Assembly: GCA_963847625.1 (NCBI GenBank)
Contig: CAWKAR010000003.1
Coordinates: forward strand, 64,001 to 128,000
DNA length: 64,000 nucleotides
Source of the DNA: a candidate division FCPU426 bacterium
GTDB lineage: Bacteria > Oederibacteriota > Muellerivitia > Muellerivitales > Muellerivitaceae
Reading direction: 5' to 3'
Positions within the stretch are counted from its first letter, which is position 1; each line of letters starts with the position of its first letter. Under the pieces are notes generated by a model, which worked only from the letters and a program-made list of their open reading frames with translations, had not been told where the DNA came from and searched no databases. This document shows positions 56,830-64,000 of this stretch, piece by piece. A program made the translations under genes and the position numbers.

Positions 56830-57969
56830 TCAAAAAGGTTGGCCATCGACCGAACCACAGTATTCGTAGACGCGCACATTCACATTTTTCCCTTTCAACT
56901 GCAGCTCGCCGATATCCCTGAAGTCCCGAGGATTCTTGAGCCGCGAATACGTCGATTCGGTGACCAAGATCGAGCCTGGTTTTGCCATGGTTTGCACGCG
57001 CGCCGCCGTATTCACGGGGTCTCCGATGACCATCACTTCTTTTCGCGTTAAGGAACCCACTTCACCCCGGATTACCATCCCGCTGTTGATGCCGATTCGG
57101 ACAGGGAGGGACTGTTTCCCTTCCTGCAGGCGGTCCTCGTCTATCCGGTGGATGATTTTCTGGATGCGGATGCCCGCTTGGACGGCATCGTTGGCGTCAT
57201 TGAAAACGGCCAGCGCGGCATCCCCCATGAACTTATCGATATCCCCACGGCATTCCCGGATCGGCACCTCGCAAAGACTGAATATTGTGTTTAGCGCCCA
57301 GACCACTTCCGAAGGGGTTTCAGTCTCGACGAACGCCGTGAACCCCACGATGTCCAGGAACAAAATCGTCAGATCAAGAACTTCAGCTTTCGCCTCCCGG
57401 GAGGTCGATGCCTGGGTAAAAGCCTCGCTATAGCTGGCGAAGGAGACGTATCTCTTGATGATCTTGTTGAATTTCTGCAGGAGCAGCCGAAGATCCTCTG
57501 CCTTGGTGATATCCCGAAAGTATTCAATGGCCCCTATTATGCGGCCTTCGTTGTCCTTTAGGGGAGTGACGTGGGTGAGGACCGGGAAACGATGTCCCTT
57601 CTTGTGCAACGGAAAAATCTTTGCTTGAATAGGCTTCTCTTCGTCCATAGAACGCTGGAGGGGACAGGATCCCGTACAAAGAAGATTTCCGTTCACGTCA
57701 ATATGGTTGAGGATATTGTCAGAACAAGGACGACCCAGGACCTCCGCGGCGCTGTATCCCGTGATATTCTCGGCACCCTTATTCCAGAAGATGATCCGCC
57801 TCTGCCGATCCGTGACGTAGATACCGTCGAAAGGGACATCCAGCAGCATCTCGACATTTGGAAGTATCCGGATCATTTCAGCAAAGGAATTCGAGTTTAT
57901 TCCTTCACCGGCTCCCCTAATATTTTCTTCCGCCACTGGACCTCCGTTTGTTTCTAAAATCTTTTGCAA
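56830..57969 (-). CDS. PAS-domain class III nucleotide cyclase
   Basis: PAS (IIFWNKGAENITGYS); FLDIVGFT, DKFMGD, IGDPVNTAAR; start uncertain. Confidence 0.9.
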   Translation of the reverse strand: MQKILETNGGPVAEENIRGAGEGINSNSFAEMIRILPNVEMLLDVPFDGIYVTDRQRRIIFWNKGAENITGYSAAEVLGRPCSDNILNHIDVNGNLLCTGSCPLQRSMDEEKPIQAKIFPLHKKGHRFPVLTHVTPLKDNEGRIIGAIEYFRDITKAEDLRLLLQKFNKIIKRYVSFASYSEAFTQASTSREAKAEVLDLTILFLDIVGFTAFVETETPSEVVWALNTIFSLCEVPIRECRGDIDKFMGDAALAVFNDANDAVQAGIRIQKIIHRIDEDRLQEGKQSLPVRIGINSGMVIRGEVGSLTRKEVMVIGDPVNTAARVQTMAKPGSILVTESTYSRLKNPRDFRDIGELQLKGKNVNVRVYEYCGSVDGQPF

Positions 57970-58267
57970 CCAACTGCATTACACTACAAAGCTATTAACC
58001 GAAATTTCCCAGATAATCTACTCCATTATAGAAGTAAGTTATGAAAGTAAATCCATCAGCTGTCAAATCCGGGTCCCTGCCGTGGACAAACAAAAACATA
58101 AAACTCTTGTATTTTAGCTCTTTGGTAAAACCGGCGGAAAATCTTCGAAAACCAGGGAAAATTGAAGGGTGATTCTGGGTACATCAAGGGAAGAAAAATA
58201 TATCGCGGCGGGCAAGGCCTGGGAATATACATTTCTTGGTGCGGCTGATTTTAAAATATGGCCTAAT

Positions 58268-60706
58268 TTAATTCTGTGTAATTTTCCGGATTAAATAGTT
58301 CCATGTATCCGCAACATAAACGTTTCCAGCGGAATCCACCGCGACTCCATAAGGATGATTAAACGTTGCGCAGGCACCCATTCCGTTCGTGGAGCCCGTA
58401 ATCCCCGCTGATCCCGCCAGGGTCGTTACCACACCTCCAGTGCCGATCACCTTGATCAAATAGTTGTAAGAATCCGCTACATAAACATTCCCCGATGAAT
58501 CGACCGCGATTCCAAAAGGCCAATTGAAACCCCCCGCCAGGAACGTCACCACCCCCGCCGGGCTGATTTCCAGGACATCGTTGTTATACGTATCGGCGAC
58601 GTATACGTTCCCCGATAAATCGACCGCAACTCCCATGGGACTATTAAAGCCTGCGGCGGACCCCGCCAGAGTTGTCACTACCCCCCCGGAGGTAATTTCC
58701 CGGATCATATTGTTGCCGGTATCCGCGACATAAACGTTCCCCGACGAATCCACCGCGACTCCAGAGGGGCTATTGAATGACGCGGCGGTCCCGGTACCGT
58801 TGGCGGAACCCGCAGACCCTGACCCCGCCAGGGTTGTCACCACACCTCCCGGGCTGATTTCCCGGATCATGTTATTTTGGTTATCGGCGACGTAAACATT
58901 TCCGGAAGAATCGACAGCGACACCACGGGGATGTTTAAAAGACGCGGCGGTCCCTGTTCCGTTGGCGGATCCGAAAGGCAATGACCCCGCCAGGGTTGAT
59001 ACCGCGCCCCCGGGGCTGATTTCCAGGATCAGATAATCCCCGACGTAAATATTCCCGGAGGAATCGACCGCGATTCCCCAGGGTTCACTGAACGATGCCG
59101 GGCCCGCCAGGGTCGTTACCACTCGGCCGGAACATGGGGTGTTGGTGGGGGTATTCGTCGGCGTAAAGGTGATTGTCGGGGTTGGCGAAATCGTAATGGT
59201 AAAAGTCATGGTGGGGCTAAAAGTGGCCGTCACATAGGGCCCGCCGATCGGGCAGCTGTTCAACCAGATACTGGCCTGGGCCACCGCGTAATGGGTGGTG
59301 CATTGGTTCGTAAGGACCGTTGGGCAACTGGTATAAGCGGTGCCTCCGTCGATGGCCCCTAATTTGTAACTTGCGCCTGAGGTGTTGAAATGGGGGTTGC
59401 AGGTTGGGTTACAGCTTGTGGCAAGATATGCAAGCCAATAGCTTTTTCCCCCGCCGGGCAGGTAAGTGGGACTTTGCACGTTGAAAAGATTCACGCCGCT
59501 GGTGGTGGTTTGGATGTTTGTTTGGGCTACCAGGGTACCCGGCTGTGCCGAAGCGTCGTTATAGATGGCCATTTGGACGCTGAATCCGGTGTCCAACATG
59601 TTGATTTCCATGGAGTAAACGGAAAGATCGGGCCCGGTGACAGTAATAGGGACAGCTAGGATGTATTGGGCGGGGAAATTCGAGGAACCATCCGCCGTTG
59701 GAAAACCAAAAACCGAATAATAGGGGCAAAGCGGTGTCAAGGGTGTGGTTGGGGTATTGGTGGGGGTGGAAGTGGCGGTGGAGGTTGCGGTGTTGGTGGG
59801 GGTCCCGGTAAAGGTATTGGTCGGGGTAACTGTAGAAGTGTTTGTGAAGGTGTCCGTCATTGTATTAGTCGGAGAATCCGTAGGGGTGTTCGTGTCCGTC
59901 GCTGTCGGTGTCGCCGTGTCGGTTGGAGTTGGTGAGGGTGTATTCGTAGGAGTGGAAGACGGGGTTTCCGTCGGGGTGTTCGTGTCCGTCGCTGTCGGTG
60001 TCGCCGTGTCGGTTGAAGTTGGTGAGGGTGTATCCGTAGGAGTGGAAGACGGGGTTTCCGTCGGGGTGTTCGTGTCCGTCGCTGTCGGTGTCGCCGTGTC
60101 GATTGGAGTTGGTGAGGGTGTATCCGTAGGAGTGGAAGACGGGGTTTCCGTCGGGGTGTTCGTGTCCGTCGCTGTCGGTGTCGCCGTGTCGATTGGAGTT
60201 GGTGAGGGTGTATCCGTAGGAGTGGTCGTCGCGGTATCCGTCAGGGTGTCGGTAGCGGTATTGGTCCCAGTTTCAGTCGAAGTATTCGTTTCCGTATAAG
60301 AGGGTGTTGAAGTCGTTGAACTAGTGGCTGTCGATGTCACCATATTGGTAAAGGTATCAGTCGTCGTGCCGGTAGTCGTAAGGGTATCCGTCATGGTGGG
60401 GGTGTTGGTATAAGTCACCGTGGAGGTGGAAGAAACTGTGGGAGTAGGAGTTTCCGTGATGGTTGAAATTCGAGTCCATGTATTCGTGGCCATGGGGGTG
60501 CTGGTCGGCGTCACGGTAAAGGGAATGGTGAAAATAGCCGTCAAGGTTGGTGTAGGGGTTGATGTTTGTGCCGGTGTATTGGTCGCGGTGGCTTTATTAA
60601 CCGGTGGGGTAGTTGGGCTGTTTGAATTACTGCACGCGATGGGGAAAATCAATAAAAACGATATAAGCAACAAAGCGAACCTGGGAAAATAAAAATAACG
60701 ACGCAT
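58268..60706 (-). CDS. Thr/Pro-stalk lipoprotein with NHL beta-propeller
   Basis: PIAC lipobox, long T/P stalk, six [13 protein letters not shown] repeats. Confidence 0.9.
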   Translation of the reverse strand: MRRYFYFPRFALLLISFLLIFPIACSNSNSPTTPPVNKATATNTPAQTSTPTPTLTAIFTIPFTVTPTSTPMATNTWTRISTITETPTPTVSSTSTVTYTNTPTMTDTLTTTGTTTDTFTNMVTSTATSSTTSTPSYTETNTSTETGTNTATDTLTDTATTTPTDTPSPTPIDTATPTATDTNTPTETPSSTPTDTPSPTPIDTATPTATDTNTPTETPSSTPTDTPSPTSTDTATPTATDTNTPTETPSSTPTNTPSPTPTDTATPTATDTNTPTDSPTNTMTDTFTNTSTVTPTNTFTGTPTNTATSTATSTPTNTPTTPLTPLCPYYSVFGFPTADGSSNFPAQYILAVPITVTGPDLSVYSMEINMLDTGFSVQMAIYNDASAQPGTLVAQTNIQTTTSGVNLFNVQSPTYLPGGGKSYWLAYLATSCNPTCNPHFNTSGASYKLGAIDGGTAYTSCPTVLTNQCTTHYAVAQASIWLNSCPIGGPYVTATFSPTMTFTITISPTPTITFTPTNTPTNTPCSGRVVTTLAGPASFSEPWGIAVDSSGNIYVGDYLILEISPGGAVSTLAGSLPFGSANGTGTAASFKHPRGVAVDSSGNVYVADNQNNMIREISPGGVVTTLAGSGSAGSANGTGTAASFNSPSGVAVDSSGNVYVADTGNNMIREITSGGVVTTLAGSAAGFNSPMGVAVDLSGNVYVADTYNNDVLEISPAGVVTFLAGGFNWPFGIAVDSSGNVYVADSYNYLIKVIGTGGVVTTLAGSAGITGSTNGMGACATFNHPYGVAVDSAGNVYVADTWNYLIRKITQN
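59878..60224. repeat. Intragenic 90-bp tandem repeat, about 3.8 copies
   Basis: Units in register at 59881/59971/60061/60151 encode [30 protein letters not shown]. Confidence 0.9.
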
Positions 60707-61127
60707 AGCGGCCTCCCCTTATGCCATTTGTGGATTCTATCCTCGACCCAAATAACTCTCAAGTAGGTTAAGGTAAATTAATCAATGCCGGTTACTTTCT
60801 GTAAGGGGTAAATTGGATAGGAATTTGGGTGTTCGCGGTTAAGTTCGTCTTATCAAAGCCTGGAAAACGAGGGGTTATTTCAAAATTAACGCGGAAAGAA
60901 AAATAATATCCAACAATTCGGCTTCTTGAAATTTTCTATTTTCAAACTGGACCCTTTTACCTCACAGGTGTTTTCTAATGACACTTCCAACAAAATCAAT
61001 ATTTATTCCCTGATCACTTTTAGGTTGTCCACAATGGCTCCCCGTCGTGAACAGCATATTTAGGGACAATTATTGAAATGGCATCTTTCCGATATTCTCG
61101 TTTTAAGGTCTATTCAGGGTAAAAAAT

Positions 61128-61649
61128 TTAATATTTACCCCGGTGGACGAGGTCCGACAGCGTTCGCCGTGAAGTCGGTGCCGGTTCTTCATCGGAATAC
61201 CCCAATGGGAGTATGGTCACAGGCCTTATATGGGCTGGAACATCAATGGCCTCACGGACTTTCTCCTCGTTGAAAGCTCCCACCCATACAGTGACTAGAC
61301 CCAATCCCGTCGCGGCAAGCTGGGTGTAGGCCGCGGCAATGGTTGCGTCCTGGACGCTGTACAAATCTTTTCCACGCGCCCCGTACTTGGATCCGCTTCG
61401 TTCCTCGTTTGCGCAAAAAACCAGCGCCAACGGCGCGGGCTTCGCGAACGTCTGGCCCAAAAGGGCTGTCCACAACTGGTTCAGGAGATACGAATCGTCT
61501 ACAACGACTATCTCGTATCCCTGGCTGTCCCCTGCTGAAGGGGCCTGGTTGGCAGCTTCGAGAATTTTATCCAAAATTTCGTTCTCGACTTGTTTTGCCA
61601 GGTAACCCCGAACGGACCGCCTTTTCCAAATGGCTTCAAAAAGTTCCAT
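61128..61649 (-). CDS. Nitroreductase family protein
   Basis: RRSVR, APSAGDSQ, LGLVTVWVGAF, LPLGY. Confidence 0.92.
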   Translation of the reverse strand: MELFEAIWKRRSVRGYLAKQVENEILDKILEAANQAPSAGDSQGYEIVVVDDSYLLNQLWTALLGQTFAKPAPLALVFCANEERSGSKYGARGKDLYSVQDATIAAAYTQLAATGLGLVTVWVGAFNEEKVREAIDVPAHIRPVTILPLGYSDEEPAPTSRRTLSDLVHRGKY

Positions 61650-61736
61650 GATCCACCCCTTTCCGATCTTCTCCCAATATTCGATTTAATCTTTTATTAA
61701 CTCTACAAAAGTATTCGCCTCTATGGAAAGCCTTAT

Positions 61737-63008
61737 TCATTTTTCGGGATTTTCGGTCAGTGAAAATATTTCATTCAGCATTCGCGCATACTCAAGGCGG
61801 TCCCGATCGGTTTTCACCTTTTTCAGGTTGACCGAGGGCTCGTGTAGCAAGCGCGCCGTCAGATCGTGGACGAGACGTTCCACCGCTTTTCTTTCATTCT
61901 CCGACAGGTTGGGATGTTTTTTCAGGAATTCCTCCCATTCCGCGCGCCTAACTTCCTCAAAGCTGTCTCTCAGCCTCACCACGGTTGGCACCAATTCCAG
62001 CGAGTTGTACCAGGTGCAAAGCTTTTCCACCTCCTCGCGCAGGATAGCCTCGGCCGATTTCACGGCTTTCAACCGCCCGGCGCGGTTGGCTTCCGCGAGG
62101 CCCGCTAAATTGTCGATATTGTAAAGATAGACCGATTCGATTTTCCCCGCCCCGGGGTCCACGTTCCGGGGCACGGCGATATCGATGATTAAGAGGGGTT
62201 TACCATTCCGGTTTTTCATGGCCGTTTCAACTTGTTCCCGGGCCAATTGGAATTTTCCGCCGCCCACCGAAGTCACCACGATGTCCATCCAATCCATCCG
62301 GTTCACCCCCCCCTCCAGGGTCAGGGCTTCACCGCCCAGCTTCGCGGCGAGGATTTTCGCCTTCTCCAGGGTCCTGTTGGCGATGAAAAGACCCTGCACG
62401 CCGGCGTCAGCGAGGTATTTGGCCGTCAGTTCCCCCATCTCACCCGCGCCCAAAAGCAGAACCCGTTGGCTGGACAAGTCGCTGAAAATCTTGCCGGCCA
62501 GGTCCACCGCCACGCTGGAAACGTTGGTGGGCATCCGGGAGATTTCTGTCTGAGCGCGCACCCTCTTGGCGGCGGAAAAGGCCCTGTGGAAAACGCCGTG
62601 TAAAACGGCTCCGACCATGGAGCCGCAATAGGCTTGCCGGAAGGCATCCTTGACCTGTCCGAGGATTTGGGCTTCCCCCACTACCATGGAATCCAGGGAG
62701 CTCGCCACCCGGAAAAGATGGAGAAATGCGTCCGGGCCTTCGTAAATGTAAAAATACTTTTGGATTTCAGGGGGTTTCAACCGGTGGATTCGTCCCAAAA
62801 CCTTCCGGATCCTAGCCAGGCACTGCCTTTCGGCGTCCGTAGCAACATAAAATTCCACCCGGTTGCAAGTGGAAAGGAATACCGCCTCGGCCGCCGCGGG
62901 CTTTAATTCCTCGAGAACTTTCAAAACCTTTTCGGGCGGCAAGGCGTACTTTTCCCGGGTTGGAAGCGGGGCGGTCCTATGATTCATTCCGTAGGCAATG
63001 AACTTCAT
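61737..63008 (-). CDS. hemA: Glutamyl-tRNA reductase
   Basis: LSTCNRVE, SLDSMVVGEAQILGQ, GAGEMG, DIAVPRN. Confidence 0.97.
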   Translation of the reverse strand: MKFIAYGMNHRTAPLPTREKYALPPEKVLKVLEELKPAAAEAVFLSTCNRVEFYVATDAERQCLARIRKVLGRIHRLKPPEIQKYFYIYEGPDAFLHLFRVASSLDSMVVGEAQILGQVKDAFRQAYCGSMVGAVLHGVFHRAFSAAKRVRAQTEISRMPTNVSSVAVDLAGKIFSDLSSQRVLLLGAGEMGELTAKYLADAGVQGLFIANRTLEKAKILAAKLGGEALTLEGGVNRMDWMDIVVTSVGGGKFQLAREQVETAMKNRNGKPLLIIDIAVPRNVDPGAGKIESVYLYNIDNLAGLAEANRAGRLKAVKSAEAILREEVEKLCTWYNSLELVPTVVRLRDSFEEVRRAEWEEFLKKHPNLSENERKAVERLVHDLTARLLHEPSVNLKKVKTDRDRLEYARMLNEIFSLTENPEK

Positions 63009-63512
63009 CCGGTTTCCTTAGTCGTTGGTTCTCTAAAACATGTGAAAAGTTGATAAAAACCCTCATTCTGCCTCCCCAGCGTGGACAATGGTTCTTGGGA
63101 TTATTCGGAGTGTTTTTCCAACCAAGACTTTGATTCTTTCAGGATTTCCTTATCCAACTTCGCATTTCCCTTTTGGATCTTTTCTTATCAGGGGTTATTT
63201 CTCCCTCATACATATCGTCAAATTCCCAATAAAGTCCAACCAATATTTCAATCCCATGGGAATCCCCGGAATATATTTTGGTTTAGTTGCTTAAACCCGC
63301 AGGGTTAAAGACGTACCTCATTAGTTTCCAAAGGCCCCCCCACCGGTTTCACCGAACCATCGGTTATAGATTCAAGGTGGTATCGAATCATTATACCGAT
63401 ACACTTGGCACAGGGGGTGTGCCAGTCTATTCTTCCAATTTTTCCATAAACCTCCGGGTGAGATGATTACTAATTGGTAACCGTATTTAAAAGGGCTGGT
63501 AAAGTAGATACT

Positions 63513-63540
63513 TTGGCACTTTTTTTCGTAGTGGTATAAT
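63513..63540 (+). promoter_or_regulatory. Sigma70-like promoter of the cytochrome c gene
   Basis: TTGGCA-16 bp-TATAAT with extended -10 TG. Confidence 0.55.
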
Positions 63541-63584
63541 CTGAAATTGATAATCTTGATTAAATCTGATTAAAGGGAGTTTTT

Positions 63585-64000
63585 ATGCCATACGCCTCAA
63601 AATCCTCCAAAACACTTTGGCTGTTGCTTTCATCTCTGGTGGCAATTTTCACCCTGGCAATCACGATAGCGATGGCAGACGAGGCCGCGACCGCTTGGGT
63701 GGCACCCGCTAAAGCCGCGAAAGTGAAAAATCCAGTCACAGCCGACAGCAGTTCGACCGCTTTGGGCAAAAAAGTTTACACGGGAAAGTGCCTCTCCTGC
63801 CACGGAATCCAGGGCAAGGGCGACGGCCCCATGTTCAAGGTTTTGAAAAAGAAACCCGGCGATTTGACCTCGGCCGAGGTCAAGGCTGAAACCGACGGTG
63901 CCCTCTTCTGGAAAGTCACCAAGGGGAAAAACCCCATGCCCACCTTCGCCAAGAACCTGACCGACAAGGAACGTTGGAACGTTGTCAATTACCTCCGCAC
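63585..64000 (+). CDS. Monoheme cytochrome c (partial, runs off right edge)
   Basis: Not in the ORF track. SD AAGGGAG; MPYASK signal peptide, CLSCHG heme motif, MPTF axial Met. Confidence 0.9.
   Translation, partial: MPYASKSSKTLWLLLSSLVAIFTLAITIAMADEAATAWVAPAKAAKVKNPVTADSSSTALGKKVYTGKCLSCHGIQGKGDGPMFKVLKKKPGDLTSAEVKAETDGALFWKVTKGKNPMPTFAKNLTDKERWNVVNYLR

Noticed and set aside
59745..60299. Val/Gly-rich plus-strand ORFs (also 26213-26686 and 27608-28105)
   Set aside because: Antisense of Thr/Pro codon repeats, which lack stops on the opposite strand.
63560..63988. Two minus-strand ORFs at the right edge
   Set aside because: Antisense to the cytochrome c gene that starts at 63585 on the plus strand.

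Overview
Bacterial chromosomal window from a diderm (lipoproteins, beta-barrels, OmpA, cytochrome c). The many Thr/Pro-stalk lipoproteins recall candidate phylum FCPU426, but that assignment is inference only. Left half (1-31.3 kb) is mostly housekeeping: pheA-hisC-tyrA-aroA-cmk, an adenylate cyclase, two TolB-like lipoproteins, glyA, orphan tadB/tadC/DUF192, argS, yqeK, a sugar ABC transporter, a PorV-like/FlgD-Ig/OmpA fusion, two tandem Gly-rich lipoproteins, YggT and an M16 peptidase. tRNA-Leu(CAG) lies at 31530-31616. The most notable feature sits on its 5' side: a 14-kb, 15-gene co-oriented operon. It encodes two lipoproteins, an outer-membrane barrel, a PH-domain protein, VirB2/B6/B3/B4/B8-like proteins, a TPR-GGDEF cyclase with an altered base-recognition residue, a SpoVG-like protein, an excisionase and a tyrosine integrase. 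No relaxase, coupling protein, VirB9/B10/B11 or Rep is recognisable. A divergent XRE gene with a double-palindrome operator and an AbiE-type toxin-antitoxin pair flank it. The right part (48.8-64 kb) is a redox/iron/sulfur cluster (bfr, sod, tpx, cysK, rhodanese, hemerythrin, nitroreductase, hemA, cytochrome c) with a TIR-like Zn-ribbon protein, a PAS-adenylate cyclase and an NHL lipoprotein. Two single-base frameshifts (aroA, DCC1-like) may be assembly errors. All assignments come from reading motifs by eye; no searches were run.
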